Shown here piece by piece: positions 29,123 through 40,212 of a DNA stretch of 64,000 bases (position 1 is the first letter of the stretch; each line of letters opens with the position of its first letter). The stretch is taken from NCBI GenBank assembly GCA_030429765.1, contig JAUIER010000018.1, forward strand, positions 9,663 to 73,662. The letters are read 5' to 3'. A model generated the notes under the pieces. It was not told where the DNA came from. It ran no database searches and saw nothing but the letters and a program-made list of their open reading frames with translations. Origin of the DNA: a bacterium (lineage in GTDB: Bacteria > Omnitrophota > Gorgyraeia > Zapsychrales > Zapsychraceae). A program made the position numbers and the translations under genes.

Positions 29123-31000
29123 CTACTCCGCAGCCTTCGCTTTTTCTGATCCCAAATTGAAGACTTCTGTCGGAGCCTCAATAGATATATCGGAATTATA
29201 AGCCGTAAATAACTGCACAATCTTCAAGCGCACTGTATTGCCCTCCGAATCTACTCCATCCACATACAATACGGTTTTGTGGATTTGTCGTGCGTTTTTG
29301 TGTATCCAAATTTCCACTTCTGAGTCTCCAGAAATTTCAAAGTATTTTTCTGGTAGAATTTTATTGATTTCGACCGAATCCATACGAACAAAAACGTAGT
29401 TGATGTCCGCGGTTTCAGTTACATCAAGCAAATTATTTTTCACAGCCTCAGAAAGCAAATCAAGCCACTTTGCTAAGCTGACCATAAAGTTTTCTGCGCT
29501 TCTACCGGTAAAATTGGATTCATCCTTGAACCACACTCCAATTTGGAAATATAAATCCTCTCCTATGGTATTCCATCGATCATATACATACCCTGTCTCT
29601 TCACGCGCGGTTTGCATCACTGAGTATCGATCAGGCATAATAACCTCTGCCTCCCATTGTATATCCGGTAGATCCTGCTTAATGCTTTGTTCAGCCGCAT
29701 CCCCAGAATAAACTGATGTAAGCGTCGCAAACGACTTGAGTTTGCCCCCCTCGCCTACAACCTGTTCAATAATACTTTGTAATTCTGTCGAACTATCAAC
29801 TTCTGTATCTCCAGGAGAGGAAAGTAATTTTAAACGGTGATATTCAATCTTTCTCAACAGCATTTTGTATGAATCTTCATCTATCTCCTCTAGTTTTTCT
29901 AATTGCACCTGTGCAAGCTCTAAATCATCTATCGCCAAGTAAACCTGACCTAACAGAAATATGGCCTTCCAATCATACGGAGTTAGCTTTACCAATTCAT
30001 CTAACACATCTACATCCGACTTGATAATGTCTTCCAGATCTACAGCCTGCGCCAGAATTCTCAACAATACAATTTTTGAGCGTCCCCTGCGACTAGTAAC
30101 TTGATTCTTACAAATGTCCATGACGGCAGGGTGTTGCCGTGCGTTGCTTCTTAATGACCATACGGCAGCCCCTTTGATGGCCATGTAGAACAAATCAGCG
30201 TTCTCAACCTCCAGCATCTTCAATAGCGAACGGAGAGCATCCTTATCTCCACGCGGATTTCTCAACTCCCTGACCATAAGGTTATCCAAGTCCTCCTGGT
30301 TTAAAACTTTGGTCGTCATAGGATCAATCTTTACATTTAGCTCTGATGAAAGCAGATCAATCAGCTTCGAATTTATTAATCCGCGATCATCCTCATCTAG
30401 TTTTTGATGAATACGTGGCCTCAGAATCTCCGGAAAATCCAACGTATCAATAATTTTGTTAATGGCTAATTCATTACCGGATATAAAAAATTCCGTCCAA
30501 AGTAAATCTAGGTCTGTAGGATGTTCAACTTTTCTAGTCAAAGGATCAAAATCTACCGGAAAAGGACCTTCTACGGTCTTTAGGAGATCTGTTCGTATTC
30601 CAGCGAAAACAGCATTATCAGATTTTTCTAGTAATTTCTGCTTAACTCTAGCATCACCGCAAAGTTTGAATACAGACAGAAGAAACTCCCTACCTTTATC
30701 TGAGGCATTCTCAAATATCTGTAGATATTCAGACAACAAGGATGGCTCCAACTGTGCCATCCGAGCGAATGCATAAGCAGATGTGTAATGGGAATCATTT
30801 TCCTCTATATCACCGCTTGTGAAAACTTCTGAGTTTAGCAACTCATTCAGTATGTCTGGAACTAAATCTGGCCTAGGATCCTTGTAATACTCCATCATTA
30901 GACGGCCAACATCTTCTACCGGATTAGAAGCCGCCAAACAATGCACCGGCACTCCAAACAAACATCCAACAAGTACTAGAAAAATAATAATTCTATTCAT
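29123..31000 (-). CDS. Large secreted hypothetical protein (625 aa), probably alpha-helical repeat
   Basis: Signal peptide IIIFLVLVGCLFGVPVHCLAAS. Leu-rich helical composition. AT-rich. Confidence 0.6.
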   Translation of the reverse strand: MNRIIIFLVLVGCLFGVPVHCLAASNPVEDVGRLMMEYYKDPRPDLVPDILNELLNSEVFTSGDIEENDSHYTSAYAFARMAQLEPSLLSEYLQIFENASDKGREFLLSVFKLCGDARVKQKLLEKSDNAVFAGIRTDLLKTVEGPFPVDFDPLTRKVEHPTDLDLLWTEFFISGNELAINKIIDTLDFPEILRPRIHQKLDEDDRGLINSKLIDLLSSELNVKIDPMTTKVLNQEDLDNLMVRELRNPRGDKDALRSLLKMLEVENADLFYMAIKGAAVWSLRSNARQHPAVMDICKNQVTSRRGRSKIVLLRILAQAVDLEDIIKSDVDVLDELVKLTPYDWKAIFLLGQVYLAIDDLELAQVQLEKLEEIDEDSYKMLLRKIEYHRLKLLSSPGDTEVDSSTELQSIIEQVVGEGGKLKSFATLTSVYSGDAAEQSIKQDLPDIQWEAEVIMPDRYSVMQTAREETGYVYDRWNTIGEDLYFQIGVWFKDESNFTGRSAENFMVSLAKWLDLLSEAVKNNLLDVTETADINYVFVRMDSVEINKILPEKYFEISGDSEVEIWIHKNARQIHKTVLYVDGVDSEGNTVRLKIVQLFTAYNSDISIEAPTEVFNLGSEKAKAAE

Positions 31001-31043
31001 AAGATACCACCCTCACCATGAACTACCTTACACCTACTGATCA

Positions 31044-32105
31044 CTACCCCCTAGCCTCATCACCCTTGCCGCGAGGCTCTTTCTCCAGTCTTACTCGAAT
31101 CAAACTCTCGGGATAATTTTTCTGGATAAACGTGATCAACTGCTCACGCACGGCGCAGCGCAGGTTCCAGGCGCAGCCGGAATTCTTGGCGCTGACCAGC
31201 GCGCGGACTTCCATTGCCCGGTCAGTCATATTGGTCACCTGGACCTGGGCGACTTTTTTGTCCCAGTCGGCATGGTCCGCCACGATCCGGTTAAGCTCTT
31301 CACGTAACGGCTCAATCGGCATGGTGTAGTCGACGTACAAGAAGACCGTTCCCAAGATATCGGCATTGGTCTTGGTCCAGTTTTGAAACGGCTGTTCAAT
31401 AAAGTAGTTGAGCGGCAGCACCAGCCGGCGCAGGTCCCAGATGCGCACCACGACATACGTCAATGTGATGTCTTCAATCCATCCCCACTCGCCCTCGACG
31501 ATAACCACGTCATCATAACGGATGGGTTGGGTGAAGGCGATCTGCAGTCCCGCCAGCAGATTCTTGATAGAATTCTGCGCCGCCATCCCGATGATAATCC
31601 CGGCGACACCGGCAGAGGTTAAGAGCGTCGTCCCCAGTTGACGCACGCTGTCGAAGTTCATGAGGATCACCCCGAGCGCCAGCACGACGACGATGAGGAT
31701 AAAGATCTTGCGGATATAGTTGAGCTGGGTGTGAATGGTGCGCGCGCGGATGTTGTCCTCTTTGGTCACATCAAATTGCTGACGGATCACATCCTGCACC
31801 ACATCCTCGCACTGGATCAAGGTCCAGGCAAAGGCGATCACAAAGAACACCTGCGCGAGCTGACGGCCCCAGTCATACATCGGGTCCATGAAGGCCGGCG
31901 CACCCAGCGCGATGATGGTCAGAAACAGCGGGATCGACCAGCCGCACGGCCGGCGCAGATGCTTGATCATCGATCCCATGCCGAGCACTTCTTTGCGCCG
32001 GTTCACCGCGATCAGCGCCTCAAACAGGACATAATTCGCCACCCGCCCGATCAACAGCGTGATCACCAGTGTGATTAGAAATTTTGAATACGGCCAGTCT
32101 AGCAT
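31044..32105 (-). CDS. Mechanosensitive ion channel, MscS family
   Basis: MscS pore and beta-domain signature LLTSAGVAGIIIGMAAQNSIKNLLAGLQIAFTQPIRYDDVV. AGGAGG ribosome-binding site. Confidence 0.8.
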   Translation of the reverse strand: MLDWPYSKFLITLVITLLIGRVANYVLFEALIAVNRRKEVLGMGSMIKHLRRPCGWSIPLFLTIIALGAPAFMDPMYDWGRQLAQVFFVIAFAWTLIQCEDVVQDVIRQQFDVTKEDNIRARTIHTQLNYIRKIFILIVVVLALGVILMNFDSVRQLGTTLLTSAGVAGIIIGMAAQNSIKNLLAGLQIAFTQPIRYDDVVIVEGEWGWIEDITLTYVVVRIWDLRRLVLPLNYFIEQPFQNWTKTNADILGTVFLYVDYTMPIEPLREELNRIVADHADWDKKVAQVQVTNMTDRAMEVRALVSAKNSGCAWNLRCAVREQLITFIQKNYPESLIRVRLEKEPRGKGDEARG

Positions 32106-32116
32106 GACACCCTCCT

Positions 32117-32213
32117 AAAAAAGGGGATAGACACTTATTTCCCCGTTAATACCCCACCAAAATTTTCTTGCCCTGTGATAAAAAGTGCAAACAGGTGTCT
32201 GTCCCTCATTTAT
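32117..32213 (-). repeat. Intercistronic hairpin element, copy 1 (between SPFH stop and MscS start)
   Basis: Arms aaaaaaGGGGATAGACACttattt and aaacagGTGTCTGTCCCtcattt are inverted complements 60 nt apart. On the minus-strand mRNA this gives an 11-bp stem, a U-run, then the ribosome-binding site. Confidence 0.6.
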
Positions 32214-33091
32214 TCCACCGTTCGCACTAGCGGGATTCCATTCGTTCCCACCGGAATATAGATCACGGTATTGTTCGGACTATTCGCCATCTGCATCTGT
32301 GATTGAATGGCCTCGTGCTGCAGATATTCCTTGGTGAGCGTCTTGTTGATGATTTCCTGCGACTTGGCAATCCCCTCGGCCTCAATGATACGGCGCTCGG
32401 CCTCTTTCTTCTCCTTCTCCAGGATAAACTTCATCTGCTCGGCCTCTTGTTCAGACTTGAGCTTTTGTTCAATCGCGCCCCCGACGGTCGGCGGCAGTTG
32501 AATCGCCCTCAAAAGCACCGTCTCCAACATAATCCCGCGGTCGGACATCAATCCTTTAAGATCAGTCAGGATTCGGTTGGCGATCTCTTCTCGGCCGGAT
32601 GTATACAACGCCTTGGCCTCGTAATCCACGGTCGCCCCTCGGGCCACCGAGCGAAACTGCGGCACGATCACAATATTCCGAAAGCGTTCACCGACCTTGG
32701 AATAAATATCACTCGCATATTCCGGCTGCAGCCGGTACAGGATCGACACATCCACCTGAATCGACAGACCTTCCTTGGACGGTACGATCATAACCTCCTT
32801 GATCTCCTCGGTCTTGGTATTCATCACGATCAGCTTGGCGAACGGATTGACAAAATTGAGCCCCGGCATCCGCTCTTTGTCATGCACCCGGCCGAACAGA
32901 TCATACACACCGACCGTCCCCGCCGGCACCACACGAACGAAGCTCAGGATGATGAGCACACCGGCCAGAGACATCAGCGCGATGCCCACGATGTTGGTGA
33001 CATTATTGCGATCGCGTTTCTCAAAACGGCTGAGCAGGAACGATAGTCCCACCACCATCAATATCAACCCGACAATGAACATAAACTGCAT
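32210..33091 (-). CDS. SPFH/band-7 (prohibitin/HflC-like) membrane protein
   Basis: N-terminal TM, SPFH core and C-terminal coiled coil (EQKLKSEQEAEQMKF...). Confidence 0.8.
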   Translation of the reverse strand: MQFMFIVGLILMVVGLSFLLSRFEKRDRNNVTNIVGIALMSLAGVLIILSFVRVVPAGTVGVYDLFGRVHDKERMPGLNFVNPFAKLIVMNTKTEEIKEVMIVPSKEGLSIQVDVSILYRLQPEYASDIYSKVGERFRNIVIVPQFRSVARGATVDYEAKALYTSGREEIANRILTDLKGLMSDRGIMLETVLLRAIQLPPTVGGAIEQKLKSEQEAEQMKFILEKEKKEAERRIIEAEGIAKSQEIINKTLTKEYLQHEAIQSQMQMANSPNNTVIYIPVGTNGIPLVRTVE

Positions 33092-33104
33092 AATCCCCCC
33101 TTTT

Positions 33105-34491
<1,387 letters not shown>

Positions 34492-34524
34492 TCATCCTTT
34501 CTGGTCTGAGTATGGTTGATGCGT

Positions 34525-35484
34525 TTATTTGATCACGCGCTGCCGTTGTGAATCCCAGCGCCATAAATTTGAGTTGGTGATGTGAACCCCGCCGATCCAG
34601 CGGTCGATCGGACGGATTTGAGCGTTATCAACGTGACCGCCGTAAACTCGCTTACCCTGCGGCGTCAGGTGAAGTCGCTGATCCGGTGTCGGCGGCCAGC
34701 TCAGCTCCATACCGTCCTCTGTATATATCAACGGATCGGGTTCGGCCATCAATCCTTTGAGACGGCTGAAGAAGCTTAAATCACCCATAAAACGCGGATC
34801 TTCCAACGCATGATAGCGCTGAAATATTCGCCCCGGCCGCGATTCACCTCTAGCCATGATATCCAAAATCTGATACTCCGTAAAGGACAATCCCGTGCGG
34901 TGATCGGGAAATTCCATCCCCAAACGGATCAACGCATTTTTGAGGAATGGTAATGCGGATGTGTCGTCGGTGAATAGATTATTCCAGCCTTCGGGGCTTG
35001 AGGCCCGCAGCGTCTGCCACGCCCATTCAGCCAGCGTCAGCTGGGAATCATTAATAGCCATTTCTTGCTGAGTTAACAAACGGATTTGTTCAACATCCGC
35101 TTCACCCAGATACTGCTCCGTGCAGATCATTGAGAGCTGCGTCGATCCCAGCTCTTGGTCCCGAAACCAGTCCAGGATCTGAATCAACTGCAATTGATCG
35201 TAAAGATCGTGTTCAAACCACAAAATGATCCGTTCAAAGTCGCGAAACGACTTGAGCGTGTCATCCCGTTGACGAAATCCTTCCCGCACGTCCGTATACG
35301 CGCCCCAGCCTTGATCGGCGATGAATTGAGCTCGGACACCGGATAGTTCGTCCAAAGGCAAATCGGCCGGGATTGGCCCGTCATGCAGTACGTCGCGCCA
35401 AGGCAGGATCTCACCTTCAATGCCCGCCTGTTTCATCAGGCCCACCGCACTGTCGCCGTTGGTGATGTGGAGGATTCGATTCAT
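34525..35484 (-). CDS. DUF1835/DUF3658 domain protein
   Basis: N-terminus MNRILHITNGDSAV typical of DUF1835. Confidence 0.6.
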   Translation of the reverse strand: MNRILHITNGDSAVGLMKQAGIEGEILPWRDVLHDGPIPADLPLDELSGVRAQFIADQGWGAYTDVREGFRQRDDTLKSFRDFERIILWFEHDLYDQLQLIQILDWFRDQELGSTQLSMICTEQYLGEADVEQIRLLTQQEMAINDSQLTLAEWAWQTLRASSPEGWNNLFTDDTSALPFLKNALIRLGMEFPDHRTGLSFTEYQILDIMARGESRPGRIFQRYHALEDPRFMGDLSFFSRLKGLMAEPDPLIYTEDGMELSWPPTPDQRLHLTPQGKRVYGGHVDNAQIRPIDRWIGGVHITNSNLWRWDSQRQRVIK

Positions 35485-35499
35485 GTCAATACGTTTGAT

Positions 35500-36258
35500 C
35501 TACTCCGCCGAGTGGCGGATCTGCGATATCTTTCGCGGGACGATGATATCGGCGATGCGGGGACCTTCTTCATCTTTCAAGGTATACTGAATATCCATGA
35601 CCTCAATAAAGTCGGCCGTGTAATCCTTGAGGATGCCGCAATATTCGACGATGCGCTCACCCAGCTGCATCTCCACCACCACGCGCAATCCGATGTGACG
35701 CTCGTACAACGGTTCGTACGCCGTAGAGATGGTGTTAATCATGTCGGTCTTGACCCGGGAGATATATTTGTCTTTGGAGGAAAGAAACGCGCCGGCCGGT
35801 CCGCGGGTCTTGGCCTGATCGATCACCAGGTTCACCACTTCCATCACCGAGTCGCGGATGGTCTTGAAAAAATTGGCCATCTTTCGCATCGTGCGTCGAA
35901 AAAAATTGGGATGATACACGCGCTTGAGCGCCTTCTCCCGTTCGATCTTGTGCGCCTCATCCATCTCGTCATGAAAACGCAGGATCGAATGAATCGACGG
36001 ATACTCGTGCCGATAGAGCAAGTAGCTTGTCTCCACATGTCCGTCGTTGTCGTGATGATCGGTTTGATAGGCAAACTCAAGCCCGGTGCTTTCCACATGC
36101 AGACGGCCGTAGATAACCTTGCCCTCACTGGAAATCAAGGTGACCAGATCGTCTTCATAGGACTTGAGGCATTTGTCGCGCGTGCGGCCTTTAAGAAACG
36201 CGCCGATGATCGCGGCGGCCAAGACAACAAAGATTGTAACGGTCAGACTATCGCTCAT
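35500..36258 (-). CDS. Membrane-anchored hypothetical protein (252 aa)
   Basis: N-terminal TM LTVTIFVVLAAAIIGAF. No recognised domain. Confidence 0.5.
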   Translation of the reverse strand: MSDSLTVTIFVVLAAAIIGAFLKGRTRDKCLKSYEDDLVTLISSEGKVIYGRLHVESTGLEFAYQTDHHDNDGHVETSYLLYRHEYPSIHSILRFHDEMDEAHKIEREKALKRVYHPNFFRRTMRKMANFFKTIRDSVMEVVNLVIDQAKTRGPAGAFLSSKDKYISRVKTDMINTISTAYEPLYERHIGLRVVVEMQLGERIVEYCGILKDYTADFIEVMDIQYTLKDEEGPRIADIIVPRKISQIRHSAE

Positions 36259-36370
36259 GCTTACCCGGGTTGAGATGTTGACAGAAGTTCAATGCAAAGA
36301 TTATAGCGGATATCGGCGCGGGAGACAATCCATCCGGTCGTCTTTGTGATCGGACACTTATCGGAGCCGC

Positions 36371-37174
36371 CTACCATCGCCAGCGCCGGGACGATTTGAG
36401 GACCAGCTCATTCGCCATTTCCTGCAGGTACCGCGCGTCACGGGCATCAATCGCCGCCGGATAGGCCGTATCGACCGGTGACTCGCCGAATATCGTCGCG
36501 TAAAACACACACGCGGCCAAATACGATCCGTGAATGTTGGGATGCACATTGTCGGTGTACAAGTTAAGCTTGGGCCGGTCCGCGCGGACCCGCATCCAGG
36601 CCGTGCCCACCGGCGCCACAATGGCCTCATATCGCCGCGCCATCTTGAGATAGGTCTGATTGATCCGTTTCTGCATCCCCTTGTAGGTGCCGAGCTGTTT
36701 GTATTGGCGCTTGTTGCCAAAATCACCGTTGCGATGGGCCGGCGTGGCGTAAAATACAATCTCCACGTCAGGATTGGCATCGCGGGCCTGCTCAATGAGG
36801 TCTTCCACATACGGATACACGTCGCGCTTGAGCTGCTCCTCGGGAAAACCCGGTAACTGGCTCTGCTCCTGCAGGACCACGATGTCCCACGTACGCTTTT
36901 CAAACAGCTCTTTGAGCTTGGGCGCGATACTGTGCCGGGCCAGTCGCCAACCGCCCGGCGCATGGGTTTGATAGGCAAAATCCTTGCCCGCCGCCCCGGC
37001 CATATCACCGATCAGCCGCGGCAGATCATTGGCAAACGTCAGTGAATTACCGATAAACAACACATCAAGCGTGTCGGCTTGGGCGTTGGATCGCCCCCCT
37101 GCCCACAGCGCGAGGACAATTAGTAACAAGACTGATAATTTCTTACGCACAGAATGTTCCCCTCGACTGGTCAA
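36371..37174 (-). CDS. SGNH/GDSL-family hydrolase, secreted
   Basis: Signal peptide. Block I VLFIGNSLT and block V DNVHP. Confidence 0.65.
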   Translation of the reverse strand: MTSRGEHSVRKKLSVLLLIVLALWAGGRSNAQADTLDVLFIGNSLTFANDLPRLIGDMAGAAGKDFAYQTHAPGGWRLARHSIAPKLKELFEKRTWDIVVLQEQSQLPGFPEEQLKRDVYPYVEDLIEQARDANPDVEIVFYATPAHRNGDFGNKRQYKQLGTYKGMQKRINQTYLKMARRYEAIVAPVGTAWMRVRADRPKLNLYTDNVHPNIHGSYLAACVFYATIFGESPVDTAYPAAIDARDARYLQEMANELVLKSSRRWRW

Positions 37175-37298
37175 GTTTGTGTTTGAATGTTTCGCATTTG
37201 CAGGAAGGTATCTTAACGCGTGAGGGATGGGATGTCCAAGGAGATTTAGCGGATTATCTAAAAAGAACAGGCGCCATGACGACGCCTGTTCGGTGAGC

Positions 37299-37559
37299 CT
37301 AGGCTGATTTTTCCGGCGCCTTTGTCCCCAGCACGGAAAGTGCGATGAGACTGCCGGTAATCATAATCCCGCCCGCGACAAAATACAATCCGGCGGTGCT
37401 GATCCAGTACGCGCTGGTGGAACAGGCGTATGGAACACAAAGTATACAGCCGAGTCCGCCGATTAAAAACGAAACCACGGCGAATCCGCGAACTAAACTT
37501 CGAAACGAATCTTCTGTCATATTCATCTTCCTCCTTTCATCTGTATTTTTGGGCGCCAA
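37299..37559 (-). CDS. Small membrane protein, hypothetical
   Basis: 86 aa with two TM helices. Confidence 0.35.
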   Translation of the reverse strand: MAPKNTDERRKMNMTEDSFRSLVRGFAVVSFLIGGLGCILCVPYACSTSAYWISTAGLYFVAGGIMITGSLIALSVLGTKAPEKSA

Positions 37560-37575
37560 ATCTCTTTCATTAAAT

Positions 37576-38931
37576 CTATGTCATATCCTTACACAACCAG
37601 TATCGATAGGATAATCGGACCACTCCGATCAACAAACACAAAGAACTAAAGTTAAAGGCGACGAGCCAAGCCGTGGGTAAAACATCTGAAAAGTAGATAA
37701 AAAACAGAACCACAAATCCCAGCAGGCAGCCGTTGAGGATAATTAATCGCGCGCTCGACACGCAACTCAACCCCGTCAGCCACGCCATCGTCAGAAGGGC
37801 AATGATGCCGGTCAAACTCAGATTCAGCCAAAACCTGGCCGTCGAAAAAATTTCAGGTTGCAGCGTCCAGGCCGGAACTACGGCGACCATCCAGATCAAA
37901 AACAGCCAGTGGACCAACAAATGCAAAGCCAGCACCAAACCACGCTCGCGTAAATACTGCTCCCGCGTCACGGGTCGCAGCAGATCATAGCCCCAATAAG
38001 CCATGTTTCGATAGTATCCGCTCAACGTGGCCAGTATCGGAGTCATACTCAGAAGCAAAAAATTTGTATGCGCGCGCTTCAAGAAGGCATGTGTATCCGG
38101 CTGATGATGGATCAACCAGATATAGACTGGCGTGAGAATCGCCACAACAATGATTCCACGAAAAACATTCGATTTTAAAAAAGGATCCCATTGCAGGGCC
38201 CGCGCCAAAAGTCCGGATTGAGACTCATATTTGCTCAGCGCCGGCAACGGACGCTGACGAAACATTCCGGATCGGCCCCGCCCGATTTGCTTGATCAAAT
38301 AAACCTTGGGTGGCCAGCTGAGGATGGACGGATATTCAAAATGATCGGCACGTAATGTCATCAAGCGGTGAATAAAGCAGACTGCTCCTGCCATAGTGAA
38401 TCCCAGCACAATCTTGACCAGAACCGGATACTGTTCAAATGCGGAAATACAGGCCGACACATTGAGCGCGATCACCGCCGACGCCAGGTATGCATAGATA
38501 AATACGCGTCCTTTTGATAAGTATCCTAGATACATAATTCCGATAGACACCGCGACGCAGGACACGTAGCCGCCATAAAGCCCATCACGCGTCACCGCGA
38601 GTCCTGGACTGATATCACGGTTCCAGTAGGCCGCTAACAAAAACACTCCAGCGTAGGCCATCAACCAGACAATCAGGTGAGCCCCACGATAGCCCGGCAG
38701 CAGCGACGCCCGTGACGTCGCTATCTGCTGTTTGATGAGCACACCCAGATAAAACACCACCCACAGCGTCGCGACAAATAGGACATTCCATACTTCTTCA
38801 CCTAAAATATAGTCTCCGCTAAATATCAAGGCGCGCGATACAAACGCACTTAAGACAAGCATCATTGCGAGTATCGTAAAAAGAGGATTGCGCCAATAGA
38901 CGCGGCTAACCAAATACAGACGCCTGATCAT
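37576..38931 (-). CDS. Polytopic membrane protein partnered with ABC ATPase (putative ABC-2-type permease), module 1
   Basis: Start trimmed to MIRRLYLV (ATGA overlap with the ATPase stop at 38928). At least ten TM helices. Confidence 0.6.
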   Translation of the reverse strand: MIRRLYLVSRVYWRNPLFTILAMMLVLSAFVSRALIFSGDYILGEEVWNVLFVATLWVVFYLGVLIKQQIATSRASLLPGYRGAHLIVWLMAYAGVFLLAAYWNRDISPGLAVTRDGLYGGYVSCVAVSIGIMYLGYLSKGRVFIYAYLASAVIALNVSACISAFEQYPVLVKIVLGFTMAGAVCFIHRLMTLRADHFEYPSILSWPPKVYLIKQIGRGRSGMFRQRPLPALSKYESQSGLLARALQWDPFLKSNVFRGIIVVAILTPVYIWLIHHQPDTHAFLKRAHTNFLLLSMTPILATLSGYYRNMAYWGYDLLRPVTREQYLRERGLVLALHLLVHWLFLIWMVAVVPAWTLQPEIFSTARFWLNLSLTGIIALLTMAWLTGLSCVSSARLIILNGCLLGFVVLFFIYFSDVLPTAWLVAFNFSSLCLLIGVVRLSYRYWLCKDMT

Positions 38932-39812
38932 CGATTCAGCTCCAAAAATATTTCTTCCAGGTTCAAGTCTTCGACATTGATCCGGGCCTGATAGCGCTGT
39001 TCGAGTTGCTGGCGGACATCCGGCGTGAAGCCGCGGACGCTGAGTAACGCCTCCTGATTCATTCGCTCCAGTCCGATCAGCCCCGGACATTCAAAGTCAT
39101 TGGGGAGCGGCACTTGGCTCGTCAACCGTAATCGTTTAACCTCGTCCTTGAGCTGTCCCAACTCGCCGGTAAAGTCGATCAGACCGGACTTCATCACGGC
39201 AACATGATCCGCCACTCGCTCCAAATCAGTTGTAATGTGGGTGGAGAAGAATACGGTGCAGCCACGGTCAATCACCATTTCCAGAATAGTCTTGAGAAAC
39301 TGTCGTCGGGCAGCCGGATCCAGACTGGCCACCGGCTCATCGAGGACAAATAAATCCGGCTCATGACCCATCGCCAAAATAATCGCGACCTTTTGCGCCT
39401 CACCTTCCGACAAAACACCGTACTTGTCGGTTGGATTTATCTGCCACTGACTGACCAACTCATGGACGAGCTTTGTATTCCATTGCGGATAAAAGGAACC
39501 CACATATTCGATGACCTCCTGCACCGTCAGCCACGGATACAATCGATCGCTTTGCGGAACATATCCAATACGGGATTTGGTTGCCGCCTGAAAGCGCCAT
39601 GGATCATCACCCAATACTCGAAGATGACCGGCATTGGGCTTCAATAGTCCAAGAATACACTTGAGCAATGTCGTCTTGCCCGCCCCATTGACCCCGAGCA
39701 ATCCAAAGACTGATCCTCGGGGAATACTCAAGGATAGCCCGCGTAAAACACTTCGGTATTTGTACTGTTTCACCAAACGCTCTACTTCGATACAGTAATC
39801 GTCACTCATCAT
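38928..39812 (-). CDS. ABC transporter ATP-binding protein, module 1
   Basis: Walker A GVNGAGKTT, signature LSEGEAQK, Walker B LFVLDEP. Confidence 0.85.
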   Translation of the reverse strand: MMSDDYCIEVERLVKQYKYRSVLRGLSLSIPRGSVFGLLGVNGAGKTTLLKCILGLLKPNAGHLRVLGDDPWRFQAATKSRIGYVPQSDRLYPWLTVQEVIEYVGSFYPQWNTKLVHELVSQWQINPTDKYGVLSEGEAQKVAIILAMGHEPDLFVLDEPVASLDPAARRQFLKTILEMVIDRGCTVFFSTHITTDLERVADHVAVMKSGLIDFTGELGQLKDEVKRLRLTSQVPLPNDFECPGLIGLERMNQEALLSVRGFTPDVRQQLEQRYQARINVEDLNLEEIFLELNR

Positions 39813-40206
39813 CCTTGTCCTCCCACGCCTTGGTTATTAAATCCTGAAGCTGTTGATAATCCAGTGATAGTTGTCGCGCCCGATCGATCACCTGATCGAT
39901 CAACGGCCCCATCTCCTCTTGTCGATCCCGTAAATCATTGGCCGCACTTTTGACGGTCGCGACTTGCATCCCCCGTCCCCGTACACTCTGCAGCACCCCT
40001 TCTTTTTCCAGCAATGAATAGGCCTTGGATACGGTCATCGGATTCACCTCAAGCGCCTTGGAGACATTACGCACCGAGGGAATAAACACACCGGGCTGCC
40101 ATTGATCGGTGGCAATCAATGTCTTGACCTGATCCACAATTTGGCGATAAATCGGGACGCCGCTGGCCGTGGAAATTTGAAAGTAGTATTTAGGATCTTT
40201 GTCCAT
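39802..40206 (-). CDS. GntR-family (YtrA-like) transcriptional regulator
   Basis: wHTH SVRNVSKALEVNPMTVSKAYSLLEKEGVL. Short C-terminal region as in the YtrA subfamily. Confidence 0.8.
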   Translation of the reverse strand: MDKDPKYYFQISTASGVPIYRQIVDQVKTLIATDQWQPGVFIPSVRNVSKALEVNPMTVSKAYSLLEKEGVLQSVRGRGMQVATVKSAANDLRDRQEEMGPLIDQVIDRARQLSLDYQQLQDLITKAWEDKDDE

Positions 40207-40212
40207 AGATTC

